Below are positions 46,513-56,484 of a DNA stretch of 64,000 nucleotides, in pieces. The stretch lies in the NCBI GenBank assembly GCA_041611095.1, contig JBFINP010000009.1, forward strand, positions 1,032-65,031. The letters run 5' to 3'. The notes beneath the pieces were generated by a model. It was not told the origin of the DNA. It made no database searches and saw only the letters and a list, made by a program, of their open reading frames with translations. This DNA comes from Acidimicrobiia bacterium (lineage in GTDB: Bacteria > Actinomycetota > Acidimicrobiia > Spongiisociales > UBA5794). The translations under genes were made by a program, and so were the position numbers. The first letter of the stretch is position 1. Every line of letters starts with the position of its first letter.

Positions 46513-47280
46513 GTGGACGACGCCCCGATCCTCGAGCACGACCCGTCGCCGACTGCGGTCGTGGACCCGAGTGCGTGGTTCGCTCCGATGGAGATCGCCC
46601 CGCACGCCGTCATCACCTGGATGCCCGATGTCGTCGAGGGGGTGGTGGCCGAGCTCGGGGGTGTGGAGCGCACCCGGTTCGCCGCCGAGAGTGCAGTCCA
46701 TCCCGTCTGGGAGGTCGACTATGCCGGGCAGCCGCTGGTGGTGGTGCTCGCCGGCGTGGGTGCGCCGGCGGCGACGCTCCTGTTCGAAATGCTCATCGTC
46801 CTCGGGTGCCGCCGCTTCGTGGCGTGCGGGAGCGCCGGGGGACTGGTTCCGGAGGCGGGGCCGGGACTGGTCGTGGTGCCGGAGGCGTCGGTGCGGGACG
46901 ATGGAGTGTCGTACCACTACGCACCGCCGGCGCGGTTTGCGGTGCACGACGAGGGGATGCAGCGTGAGGTGGAGGCGCAGTGCCGGGCTGGCGGCATGGA
47001 GGTGTCGACGGCGCCGACGTGGACCACCGATGCGCTGTTCCGGGAGACGGCGCAGCAGGTGGCGGTGCGGGTGGCGGAGGGATGCGTGGCCGTGGAGATG
47101 GAGGCAGCGGCGCTGGCGACGGTGGCGCGCTTCCGTGAGGTGAAGCTGGGGTACGCGGTGTACGTCGCCGACACGTTGCACGGCGACGAATGGGACCGAG
47201 AAGGGCTCGTGCGTCCCGATGTGGCGTTCAGGCGGCGGCTATTCGATGCGGCCGCTCGAGCCTGTCTGGCGGGCGGCTAG
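46513..47280 (+). CDS. Nucleoside phosphorylase (PNP/UDP family 1)
   Basis: VVVLAGVGAPAATLLFEMLIVLGCRRFVACGSAGGL and VAVEMEAAALATVA are the characteristic motifs. Confidence 0.8.
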   Translation: MDDAPILEHDPSPTAVVDPSAWFAPMEIAPHAVITWMPDVVEGVVAELGGVERTRFAAESAVHPVWEVDYAGQPLVVVLAGVGAPAATLLFEMLIVLGCRRFVACGSAGGLVPEAGPGLVVVPEASVRDDGVSYHYAPPARFAVHDEGMQREVEAQCRAGGMEVSTAPTWTTDALFRETAQQVAVRVAEGCVAVEMEAAALATVARFREVKLGYAVYVADTLHGDEWDREGLVRPDVAFRRRLFDAAARACLAGG

Positions 47281-48170
47281 TTCGGTGGGGTGGCGAGCCA
47301 TTCGGTGAGGATGCGGTCGAAGTCGGGGCGGTCGGCCAGGTGCTCGCATCCGATGCGTCCCTGGTAGGCCTTCTCCTCCCAGTAGGTGTGCGCGGTCGCG
47401 TCTCGCCAGCGGGCCTGGGCCATACGCCGGTAGGAGCGGTGGATCTGTGCTGTGAGGAAGCTGACGACCTCGTCGTCGGTGAGCCGGTCCGGCCGGTGGC
47501 CGAGCCGGGCGAGGCGGGCGAGGACCCGGCGGTGGGCGATCATCCGTGGCTCGAAGCGCTCGTCGGCGCAGACCTGGATGAGGTGCATGGGGTGACCGGT
47601 GGAGGATTGGAAGGCTGCCGTCGAGAAGCTGTGGGTGCCGAAGCGGTGCTGGATCTCCGTGGTCGTTGAGGTGAGCTCGATCCATCCCGTGCTGTCGGCG
47701 GTGCGGTGGATCTCGATCGGGTAGGTGCCGTCTTGGTCCGTGACGCTGAGGGTGGCGGCGTGCCGGTAGCCGTACGCGGTGTACGCGGCGACCTCGGCGG
47801 CCATGTCGAGGGAGGGTGTCGAGCGCTCCACGCTGACGAGTTGCTGGGAGAGGAGGAGCCGGCGCCTGCGGTTGACGACGATGATCGCCGGAGGGACGGC
47901 GAGGATGAGCAGCCACGGCGATACGATGACGAGCCCGAGCCAGGTGAGGGCGACGGCGCCGAGGCGGACCCACGGGCTGCGGGCGCCGAGGCGGAGCGGG
48001 ATGAGGGCGGCGACCATCACGAGGAGGCCGAGGAGGTTCCACGGCACGGGCACCCAGGTGAGTCCCTCAAGCACGTTGGCGACCCTACCGGCGCCCTGTC
48101 TCGCCGACCGGAAAATGCGTGGTGCGGTTCGACCTGTCGACCGGCCACGGGTGCCATCCCCGGCCGCCAC
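47277..48170 (-). CDS. hypothetical membrane-anchored protein
   Basis: 297-aa ORF with 2-3 N-terminal TM segments, then a soluble domain with balanced composition (YRRMAQARWRDATAHTYWEEKAYQG). The start is uncertain. Confidence 0.55.
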   Translation of the reverse strand: MAAGDGTRGRSTGRTAPRIFRSARQGAGRVANVLEGLTWVPVPWNLLGLLVMVAALIPLRLGARSPWVRLGAVALTWLGLVIVSPWLLILAVPPAIIVVNRRRRLLLSQQLVSVERSTPSLDMAAEVAAYTAYGYRHAATLSVTDQDGTYPIEIHRTADSTGWIELTSTTTEIQHRFGTHSFSTAAFQSSTGHPMHLIQVCADERFEPRMIAHRRVLARLARLGHRPDRLTDDEVVSFLTAQIHRSYRRMAQARWRDATAHTYWEEKAYQGRIGCEHLADRPDFDRILTEWLATPPN

Positions 48171-48188
48171 TACACTTCCGCCCGCTTC

Positions 48189-48261
48189 GGGCGTTTAGCT
48201 CAGTTGGGAGAGCGCTTCCCTTACAAGGAAGAGGTCGGCGGTTCGAGCCCGTCAACGCCCA
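48189..48261 (+). tRNA. tRNA-Val (anticodon TAC)
   Basis: Hand-folded cloverleaf: acceptor GGGCGTT/AACGCCC, D-arm GCTC-AGTTGGGA-GAGC, anticodon arm CTTCC-CTTACAA-GGAAG, T-arm GGCGG-TTCGAGC-CCGTC, discriminator A. No encoded CCA. Confidence 0.9.
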
Positions 48262-48536
48262 CGGCCTGGAAGCGTTGGGACATAACGGTTTCAGTCATCA
48301 GCCTCCAGCCGACGGCTCTCCGATATGGCTTCGCAACCACATGAGCGTCGCTCCAGGGTGAGGCGAGTGCATCGGCGGCGTCCCGATCGAGGCGGTCGTA
48401 CCCGACAAGAAAGGGTCCGAATGCTCGTGTGCCCAAGACGGGAGGCGATCACGGCGGGGTGCACGCGATGCCTCGTGCAAGCGGAGACGCACCGAACCCC
48501 CGTTCTCGGTCTGTGATTGGGGGCTACCGTGTCGGC

Positions 48537-48920
48537 ATGGGCAACGACATGGAAGGCCGTTTCACAGCGGCACGTGAAGCTCTGAACGCCGGCGATACGG
48601 GGCCTTTTCTCGCTCTCATGGCGGACGACGTGATGTGGTGGGAGACGGGCGATGACGCTCCACTCATTGGGCGCGACGCAGTGGCGAATCGTCTCGACGA
48701 ACTCGTTGCGTTCGGCATCCATGACGACGTCCACGACGTGCTTGCCAACGCTGAGCATCTCGTCGCTCTCATCCACGCAGAGACCCGAGGGGAGAAGGGC
48801 CCCTTCAGCTACTCGACGGCAGAGGTCTACCACTTCGCCGACGACGGTCGGATATCGAAGCGACAGGCGTTCGCTCACGACACGTCGAAGATAGAACGGT
48901 TCTTCGGCCAGAGTTCATGA
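48537..48920 (+). CDS. SnoaL/NTF2-like small protein
   Basis: ORF 48429..48920, start trimmed to ATG 48537. FLALMADDVMWWETGDDAPLIGRDAV...STAEVYHFADDGRISKRQAF fits the NTF2-like fold pattern. Confidence 0.6.
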   Translation: MGNDMEGRFTAAREALNAGDTGPFLALMADDVMWWETGDDAPLIGRDAVANRLDELVAFGIHDDVHDVLANAEHLVALIHAETRGEKGPFSYSTAEVYHFADDGRISKRQAFAHDTSKIERFFGQSS

Positions 48921-49447
48921 CCGGGTCGGCAGGATCCGGCGGACGCAGGGTCAGCCGAAGTGGCACACCGGCGGGTACTCGACCCCTCCCTTGAGCGTCG
49001 TAGCTGGTGAGGCGCAGCACCTGCAACGCTTCGCGTGGAGCTCATTGCACACTGTCGCCGGGCCCGAGTGTGGGTGCCGGCGCCGACCTCGTGGCGCAGT
49101 ACGGCTCGGACTGGCCCAACCTGACAGGACGCTCACCGGGCTCGATACCAGTCGGCGGTAGCGGGGATACCCGCTTCAAGGGGCGTCGCGTCGTCCCAGA
49201 AGCGGGTGATTACCTGCCGGACCGTGCGGTCAGGTTCATTGGGGACATACCACGCTTGGCCCAGCACGTGGGACACAGGGTCGAAGATCTCGAGAACGCA
49301 ACTTCACCCGGCTCGGGTGAAGCCTCGCGCCCTGACAGGGCAGAAGGTCGGTGGACAACCGAACACGAATGGGCGGTCGGCCCGGCTCATGCGAGGGATT
49401 GGCCGTTGACCGTATAGGTGCCCAGAGCTGAACCCGAGGTGCGCACG

Positions 49448-50677
49448 ATGACCGATTCCACCACTTCAGTGAGCACGGATCAAGGCCCGCCAGCAGAGCG
49501 GAGAAGCGCGCCGAGGTCAGCATCCAAAGTGCCACGAATCCTGGTGACCGTGGCCGCGATTCTGGCCATCGTCTCGATCATCTTCGTTTGGGTCCGGACT
49601 CAGGCTCTCAGCACCGATGCATGGGTCGAGTTCTCTGACGAGCTGCTGGAGGAACCGGCCGTGCAGGAGGCGCTGTCGACTCATCTGGTGGAGACACTGT
49701 ACGAAAAGACCGACGTTGTTGCGTCGCTCGAAGACCGTCTTCCCGTCGGCTTCGAAGGTTTGGCTGCACCGATCGCAGGTGCGGTGCGGGGCCCGGCCAT
49801 CGATGGCGTGGAGAAGCTGCTTGGTTCAGATCGCCTCCAGAGCGCTTGGGAATCGGCCAACCGGACGGCCCATGAGGCCCTCGTCAGGGTTCTGCGTGAC
49901 GAGACGCCACGAGGCGTTTCGACTTCCGGAGGCACGATCGCGCTCGACGTGAAGCCGATGCTGGCCCAGGCCGCTGCGACGATCGGCTTGCCAGGGGAAC
50001 GGATCGGCGAACTCCCCGATGACGCAGGCCAGATCGTCGTCTTCGAGTCGATTGAGCTCGCGACTGCCCAACGGATAGTGGCGGTCGCCGACGCCGGGGT
50101 ATGGCTGCTGCTCGCAGCAGTCGCTGTCCTGTACGTCCTCGCCGTCTACTTGGCGAACGGCCGTCGAATTCAGATGCTTCGCACAGTCGGGTGGAGCTTG
50201 GTCACGGTGGGGATCACCGTGTTGGTTCTGCGGGTGATCGCACTACGCAACCTCGATACGGTCGTCCAGGATCCAAACAATCAATCGCTTGCTGATCTCG
50301 TGGCCTCGGCCGCCAGCGAGCTCCTGCGGCAGATGGCATGGTCCGTCCTCATCTACGGCGCCCTGGTGGTGCTGTTCACGTCGTTGCTCGGCGATCATCG
50401 CTGGGCGGTTACAGCAAGGCGCACCCTGGCTCCGGTGATCACCGGCTCAATGACGTCCCTCATCGGAGTCACTGCCATCGCGATCCTCCTGCTCGTCTGG
50501 TGGAGCCCCGGGCGAGCGTTCGAGCAGTGGGCAACGGCACTGACGCTGGCCGTGGTCGTGATCGGTGCTGTCGCAACGCTACGAGTGCAACTTCTGCGAG
50601 AGTTCGGCGACTCGCCCGTCCTCGCCAATGCTGGATCCGCCGCCGCCAGCACGACGGAGGCCGGTCCTGAACCTTGA
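49448..50677 (+). CDS. integral membrane protein, unknown function
   Basis: ORF 49418..50677, start placed at ATG 49448 (GAGGTG upstream). An N-terminal TM anchor and a large helical loop are followed by about 5 C-terminal TM segments. Confidence 0.6.
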   Translation: MTDSTTSVSTDQGPPAERRSAPRSASKVPRILVTVAAILAIVSIIFVWVRTQALSTDAWVEFSDELLEEPAVQEALSTHLVETLYEKTDVVASLEDRLPVGFEGLAAPIAGAVRGPAIDGVEKLLGSDRLQSAWESANRTAHEALVRVLRDETPRGVSTSGGTIALDVKPMLAQAAATIGLPGERIGELPDDAGQIVVFESIELATAQRIVAVADAGVWLLLAAVAVLYVLAVYLANGRRIQMLRTVGWSLVTVGITVLVLRVIALRNLDTVVQDPNNQSLADLVASAASELLRQMAWSVLIYGALVVLFTSLLGDHRWAVTARRTLAPVITGSMTSLIGVTAIAILLLVWWSPGRAFEQWATALTLAVVVIGAVATLRVQLLREFGDSPVLANAGSAAASTTEAGPEP

Positions 50678-50690
50678 GTTCCAAGGCCCG

Positions 50691-51209
50691 TTAGTCGTAC
50701 GAGACCTGCGTCATCATCGTGGAGGTGAGGGCAGCGTCGAGCACGCGGTCGACCTCGTCCGACGTAGCAGTGTGATACACACGCCCCACGCTCGTGCTCA
50801 ACATCTCGTGACTCGGGGCAGCGACGGGCTGATCGACCAACAGGAACAACGCCGAGCCTCCGGGATACAAGGCGGATGGGACCATCGTCATGAAACGCTC
50901 GTCGAGACCTGCTGTCAGCAGGCGGTTCCACAGTGTCGCAGCGTCGGCGCCCCAGAGGGTGCCGCCGAGCGGCCCGGCGGCGATCGCAGCCACGAGCAGG
51001 CGCCAGGCTGCCCGCGATCGTCGGCCCCTGGCTCGGCCGAGATCGACACGATCCCGAATGCGGAACGTCCCGAGGCGGTCTCTGGTGACGATGGCAGTCT
51101 CCAAAGGAGACCACGATTCAGCACCCGCCGCTGCCGAGCGCTCGAGGTCGGCGAGGAGCTGCTCGGCCCCCTCGGCCTTTCGGAAGGCCACCACGATCAG
51201 TTCATCCAT
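50691..51209 (-). CDS. DUF1269-like membrane protein
   Basis: ORF 50691..51281, start trimmed to ATG 51209 (AGGAG upstream). MDELIVVAFRKAEGAEQLLADLER...ETAIVTRD resembles the DUF1269 N-terminus. There is a Gly-rich hydrophobic middle segment. Confidence 0.6.
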   Translation of the reverse strand: MDELIVVAFRKAEGAEQLLADLERSAAAGAESWSPLETAIVTRDRLGTFRIRDRVDLGRARGRRSRAAWRLLVAAIAAGPLGGTLWGADAATLWNRLLTAGLDERFMTMVPSALYPGGSALFLLVDQPVAAPSHEMLSTSVGRVYHTATSDEVDRVLDAALTSTMMTQVSYD

Positions 51210-51277
51210 GATCGACTCCTGGAGCAGTGAAGACGTCCACGAGAGTGCACCCCGAAACGAGATTCCCACCACGTGTT

Positions 51278-53872
51278 TCACATGAGTCGTAGTGCGACGG
51301 CCTTTGACACCGCCGAGTTCCGGGTCGTCACGCCCAACTTGCGATAAATGCTCTTTACATGCGATTTCACAGTGTTGACCGACACGTACAGCTCGTGAGC
51401 GATCTCTCGGTTGGAGAGCCGACTGGGAAGCAGTCTGAGTACGGCGATCTCGCGGTCGGTCAACTGCTCGACCAAGGTCACGGACGATGCTGTTCTCTCC
51501 GCGGTCGAGACCGCAGCTCTGCGACCGGCGAGGGCGTTGTGAACGAGCGCGAAGGGCGCGGTGACACCGGAGTCTCCGTCTCGTGCAACCGTCACGAGGC
51601 CCGCCGAATCCTCCACGTAGGCTTGTGCGAACCCTTCTGGCGCAGCCATGGCGTAGCCGATTTCGAGCGCCATTGGCGCTACGGGATCTTGGGCCTGAGC
51701 TGCGGCGATCGCACCCAACCTCCAGGCGCCCAGCAAATACCGGCTGGTGCGGTCGGTGGTCACCTCACTCGCCGCCAACAGTGCCCGCGCCTCTTCGTAT
51801 TGATGGTCGGCCATCAGGAACCTGGCGAGGACGAGGCGCTCCGAGGGTGAGCGCGCACCGCGTTCGATCCGGCTTCGCCAGTCTGGCAGCCACGATTCGG
51901 CGAGGTCGGCATCCCGATCCTGCAGGTGTAGTTCGGCTTGAGTCAGCGCCACTCGGAGCGACAGATGGCCGACCAACGGGCGGTCGTCGGCGCCCACCAC
52001 AGCTTCGGAGAGCACTTGGTGGGCGTGAATCGGATTCCCGAGCGCCCATTCGATGCGGGCCACGAGTATTGCGCCCTCGAGCCGAGCCATCGTGCATTGG
52101 CCGGCGGCGTCGCGGGCTATATACGCCAACCGGTAGGCCTCGTCGAGCAGCCCGCGATCGTATGCGATCTGAGCTAGGGCTAGTTCTGAGAAGCGGACGT
52201 CGCGGAACCATCGGATCCCGAGGTCCGACGAGAGCTTCAACGTCCTCTCTGCAATGGCCTTGCCCGCGCCGAGATGTCCCGCCATGACCCGGTTCCATGC
52301 GAGCAAAGATGCGGCCGCAACATCGATGAACGGGTCCTGGGTGCGGTCGTCGAGGACCGTCCGGAGCTTACGAGCGCCTTCTTCGAGCCGCTCCAGGGCG
52401 GTCAGCGCCTTCCCTGCGATGAGGTCCCAGACGCCGGCGGGCGCGTTCTCCGGTGCGCCCGCGTCGATCAGCTCCAGCGTGTGCTCCACGCGGCCTGCAA
52501 CCGAGCTCGCTGCGACTCGGACCAGGTCTGGGTGGGCGCAGTCGCACTCAGCCGATTCGATCTCGGAAACCATTTGCTGCAATTGCGCGGACGACGCCAC
52601 ATTCATCGAGGCCTGGAGGTGAAGGCTCTGCAATGCACAGGATTGTCCGACGACATCGGCAGGCAGTCGTCGGATCAGATCGAGCAGTTCGTCCGGACCC
52701 GCCGCCAACAACTGCTGCGAGCATTCCAGGAGCCACTTCGTCGCTTGGGCATGGTCGCCGGCCAGGATGACGTGGACGATGGCATCGCGAACCCTGTTGT
52801 GTCTCATCAACCAAGACGCTGCGCGCGAGTGAGCCGTCTTCAGCCTGCTGGCATCTTGCACCGCAAGCAGCGTCGCTTTGAACAACGGGTGATAGTGATA
52901 CACACCCGGCGCTGAGCTGGCTGTGACGAAGAGGCCGGCCCGTGTGGTGTTCTCGAGCACCGCTGCGCTGTCGGAGCGTCCCGTCACCGCGTTGCAGATC
53001 GGTCCTGAGAGCTCTTCGATCACCGCCGTGTCCTTGAGGAAGGCGGCGAGATCTCGCGGAAGGCGCGTGACCACTTCGGCAACGAGATAATCCACGATGG
53101 GTGATGGTGTCTCTGCCAGGTGCTCGATGAACACGCCCGGAGACGCCGACTCGAGTATCCCCAGGGTTGCGAGATGCAAGCCGGCGATCCACCCATCGCA
53201 ACGACGCAGAAGGCGTGCGGTCTCTTCCGCATCGATTTCGCCCAGGACGATCAGATCCAGAAAGGCTTCCGCCTCATTTTCAGTGAACCGCAGATCTGAC
53301 GGCCGAATCTCGAACAGAGTGCCCTCCGTCTTCCACTGCACCAGGGGCAAGTCTGGATCTGCCCGGCACGCCACCAGGATGTGCACGTTCGGGGGCAAGT
53401 GCGAGACGAGTGCGGCGAAGTCGCGCAGTGTGTCTTCGTGATTGAGCCGGAAGTCATCGATGACGAGAAGCGTGTCACGCGTGAGAAGGCACAGGTCGTT
53501 CACCAGCTGACAGATGAACAGCTCGCCTCTTGGCGGCTCGCCCCGGTCCAGTCGAGCGCGCGTGCCGGCCAACGCCTCGGGGACTGCGCGCTGGAGGGCC
53601 ATCACGACCAACAGCCAGAACCGAAGGGGGTCAGAACCGTTCTCGGTCATCGTGAGCCAGGCGACGTCGGCCTCTGTGTCGGGGACTTCGGCCCGCCACG
53701 CCGTCAACGCCACCGTCTTGCCATAGCCGGCCGGCGTAGAGATGATCGTGAGTCGGTGCTTTGCGCCCTGCCGGATCAGCCGGGACAAACGGGTTCGCGT
53801 GAGATGAGTGGGGGGGAGAGCGGGCGGGGCGAATGCCGACTCGTAGATTGGTGCTGTCAATCTTGCCGGCAT
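51278..53872 (-). CDS. LAL-type (MalT-like) large ATP-binding LuxR family regulator
   Basis: 864 aa. N-terminal P-loop STPAGYGKT, a long helical-repeat middle, and a C-terminal LuxR HTH LTDREIAVLRLLPSRLSNREIAHELYVSVNTVKSHVKSIYRKLGV. Confidence 0.85.
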   Translation of the reverse strand: MPARLTAPIYESAFAPPALPPTHLTRTRLSRLIRQGAKHRLTIISTPAGYGKTVALTAWRAEVPDTEADVAWLTMTENGSDPLRFWLLVVMALQRAVPEALAGTRARLDRGEPPRGELFICQLVNDLCLLTRDTLLVIDDFRLNHEDTLRDFAALVSHLPPNVHILVACRADPDLPLVQWKTEGTLFEIRPSDLRFTENEAEAFLDLIVLGEIDAEETARLLRRCDGWIAGLHLATLGILESASPGVFIEHLAETPSPIVDYLVAEVVTRLPRDLAAFLKDTAVIEELSGPICNAVTGRSDSAAVLENTTRAGLFVTASSAPGVYHYHPLFKATLLAVQDASRLKTAHSRAASWLMRHNRVRDAIVHVILAGDHAQATKWLLECSQQLLAAGPDELLDLIRRLPADVVGQSCALQSLHLQASMNVASSAQLQQMVSEIESAECDCAHPDLVRVAASSVAGRVEHTLELIDAGAPENAPAGVWDLIAGKALTALERLEEGARKLRTVLDDRTQDPFIDVAAASLLAWNRVMAGHLGAGKAIAERTLKLSSDLGIRWFRDVRFSELALAQIAYDRGLLDEAYRLAYIARDAAGQCTMARLEGAILVARIEWALGNPIHAHQVLSEAVVGADDRPLVGHLSLRVALTQAELHLQDRDADLAESWLPDWRSRIERGARSPSERLVLARFLMADHQYEEARALLAASEVTTDRTSRYLLGAWRLGAIAAAQAQDPVAPMALEIGYAMAAPEGFAQAYVEDSAGLVTVARDGDSGVTAPFALVHNALAGRRAAVSTAERTASSVTLVEQLTDREIAVLRLLPSRLSNREIAHELYVSVNTVKSHVKSIYRKLGVTTRNSAVSKAVALRLM

Positions 53873-54228
53873 CGATGCCTTCCTCGTCGTTCTTGCGCTG
53901 CGATCCTCCTGGCAACAAGCAGTGCGCTCGTCCTCCCACCGTGTGTACCTGTTTAGGTCCCGGATGGGGGAGGCGTCAACGGATCACCCGGGTGAATCTC
54001 GTCGGAACAGTGGTCGGGGCGACAGGTTGGTCAACATGATGTCGGGGCACAGTTCGGGACCGGTGGTCGGCAGCGGAAAGCGCTCTCGCCCGGTTCCCGA
54101 CACAGCCCGGGATCCGCACCACGTGGTCGAGATGGGCTGCCATCTTTCCGGTACAATTGGGGTCACCTACCTGTCCGGGAGCGTCGCCACATTCGTCAGA
54201 GCGCGCAAAACGTAATGAGGCGTCCAAG

Positions 54229-56484
54229 ATGACGGACGCAATTACGGCTGGCGAGCCCTTCTCGATTCCGGGCGTTCCGCGTGGATTCGTCTGGCCATCC
54301 GGGCTGGTGCGGCGGCTTGAGGGCGAAGCCAGTCGGAGACTCATGCTGGTGGCTGCGCCGGCCGGGTCGGGCAAGACTGCCGTGCTGGCCGCTATCGCGC
54401 ATTCGACGCAAGCCGACGTGGTGAGTTGGCTCAGGGTGACGCCCGCGATGGACGACCCGAGGACATTCGCCGCAGCTCTGGTGGGCTCTGTTCGATATGC
54501 CGCGACCAATTGGAATGGAGATCGAGCGGCGACGCCTCCCGAGAATGTTGGGGCGTCCATCGCTCGAGCACTCGGCCCGGATCGTCACATCGTCATCTTC
54601 CTCGATGGCTATGAGCGGATCCGACATCCGGAGGTCCACAGCCTCGTGGAGCGCCTGATGGAGGATGCCGGGCCGAACTGGCGGTTCAGGATCGGGTCGC
54701 GAACGACGCCGCCTTTGCCGATTGCACGTTGGCGTTCCCAGATGCGTGCGATGGAGATCCGGAGCGACGAGCTTCGCATAGGTCGTGCAGGGATCGCTCG
54801 GGTGCTCCGGGACGTGTACGGCCTCGAGCTGCGCGATGAGTCGGCTGCGCAGCTGGCCGAGCGGACCGATGGGTGGGTGACCGGCTTGCTTCTCGCAGGC
54901 CGGCAAGCCCAAGTCGCTCGAGATGTCGACTTGGCACTCAGCTCATTCAGCGGCACCCAGGCGCCGGTCGTGGATTACGTAGCACGGGAGATCACTGCGC
55001 CGCTTGACGCCGATGTGAGGACGTTGGTTCTGGAGACAGCCGGACTCATTCGCCTCTGCGCCGACCTCTCCGCAGTCGCGACGCGCCGTCCCGCCGCTCC
55101 ACGGGCCTTTCACAGACTGACGAACCGAGAGACCTTCCTCCGGCCGATTTCCGACGCGCCCGGATGGTATGAGCACCTTCCGATGCTCCAAGACGCCTTT
55201 GGTGCGCTGGCCTCACCTTCTCCCGATGCCGAACTGGCGATGTATCGACGAGCCAGCAAGTGGTGTCTGGTCCACGGACACGTAGGCGAAGCGCTCGAGT
55301 ACATGATTCGTGGCGGTCCCGATGACGTCGCAGACGCAATCGCTGTCTTGTCGGCGCCCGGCAGTCTCGTCTCTGATGAGTGTTCCCCGAATCAGATCCT
55401 CCATTGGATCGACCGGATACCTTCCGCTCTGATCGAAGGCCGACCCGGCTTACGTCTCGTGGCGATCCGGAGTGCGCTCGAGTCGGGTGATCTCGACGCG
55501 GCGGCAGATCACCTCTCCGTTCTGGAAGACGAATCGGGCGGAGTTGATGACCTCGCTGGTCCTGCTACGGGGTGGCTGGCGAACCGTCTTGATCACTTGA
55601 TTCACCTGGGGAACGTCGAGGAGGCGATGGAACAGGTGAAGCGATTCGCGCACCAGCTGGCCGAGGCTCTCGCTGGCGATGATGCGGAGATGTCGGCACA
55701 TCTGGCGCTCAGTGCGGCGAGGGTGTATTGGCTGGCCGGCGCGACGTCGGAGGCAGCCGACCTGCTGGCATCGATCAGACGGACTCAACCTTCGGTGGAC
55801 ACGGCAATCGAACTTCACGGCCTGGCGGCGCTGCTCGCGCTCCATCAGGGAGACACCTTCACCGCCCAGTCCAACATCGATCGCGCGCTCCCGCTGGCAG
55901 GGCACAGCTCGACGAAGGTCATAGCCCGGAGAGCCGCATACCTCGGTCTCGCCGCATTGTGGACCGTGCGCACCACAGCCCCCAGCTGGGTGAGCGATTG
56001 TGCGCAGCCAACCGTCGAATGCTTCCCCGGAGACGTGTTGTGCACAAAGGCTCTCATGAGGGCTGAGCTTGCATGGAGATCGGGCCTGCCGAGAGAAGCC
56101 GATATCGCTCTGACCGAAAGCTCTGCGATTGCCCGACGGTTCTCGAGACCGACGATTCTGGAAGAGCTCGTCCGCATCCAGACCGAGCGGTTCGCCGAGA
56201 CCCCACTTGGTCCCGTGCAAATGTCGGGGGCCCAGCGCGCAGTTCTCGAACTGCTGGCAAACGATCTCACCAATGCCGAGCTGGCAGAGCGGCTGTTCGT
56301 CTCTCGCAATACCGTCAAGACTCACCTCAGAGCTATCTATCGCGAGTTGGGTGTCGAGTCGAGAAGTGAGGCGGTTGCGAAGGCACTGCAGCTTGGTCTC
56401 CTCGAGACGGAGGACGCACCCCGACGCGACCCGCCGCACCGCTCAGATGCAGACGTGTGGGGTGGGCGGACGCCTCCCGAGTGA
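54229..56484 (+). CDS. LAL-type (MalT-like) large ATP-binding LuxR family regulator
   Basis: ORF 54157..56484, start trimmed to ATG 54229. P-loop AAPAGSGKT and a C-terminal LuxR HTH SGAQRAVLELLANDLTNAELAERLFVSRNTVKTHLRAIYRELGV. It is divergent from the first LAL gene. Confidence 0.85.
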   Translation: MTDAITAGEPFSIPGVPRGFVWPSGLVRRLEGEASRRLMLVAAPAGSGKTAVLAAIAHSTQADVVSWLRVTPAMDDPRTFAAALVGSVRYAATNWNGDRAATPPENVGASIARALGPDRHIVIFLDGYERIRHPEVHSLVERLMEDAGPNWRFRIGSRTTPPLPIARWRSQMRAMEIRSDELRIGRAGIARVLRDVYGLELRDESAAQLAERTDGWVTGLLLAGRQAQVARDVDLALSSFSGTQAPVVDYVAREITAPLDADVRTLVLETAGLIRLCADLSAVATRRPAAPRAFHRLTNRETFLRPISDAPGWYEHLPMLQDAFGALASPSPDAELAMYRRASKWCLVHGHVGEALEYMIRGGPDDVADAIAVLSAPGSLVSDECSPNQILHWIDRIPSALIEGRPGLRLVAIRSALESGDLDAAADHLSVLEDESGGVDDLAGPATGWLANRLDHLIHLGNVEEAMEQVKRFAHQLAEALAGDDAEMSAHLALSAARVYWLAGATSEAADLLASIRRTQPSVDTAIELHGLAALLALHQGDTFTAQSNIDRALPLAGHSSTKVIARRAAYLGLAALWTVRTTAPSWVSDCAQPTVECFPGDVLCTKALMRAELAWRSGLPREADIALTESSAIARRFSRPTILEELVRIQTERFAETPLGPVQMSGAQRAVLELLANDLTNAELAERLFVSRNTVKTHLRAIYRELGVESRSEAVAKALQLGLLETEDAPRRDPPHRSDADVWGGRTPPE

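Noticed and set aside
48291-48878. 195-aa minus-strand ORF immediately next to tRNA-Val, checked as a possible integrase
   Set aside because: It has no integrase-like motifs (no R..HxxR..Y pattern). It is antisense to the better-supported NTF2-like ORF and overlaps the tRNA flank.
51278-56484. The two STAND-type ATPases considered as an Avs-like antiphage defence pair
   Set aside because: Both end in canonical LuxR-type HTH domains rather than nuclease, protease or other effector domains. The MalT/LAL transcription-regulator interpretation is sufficient.
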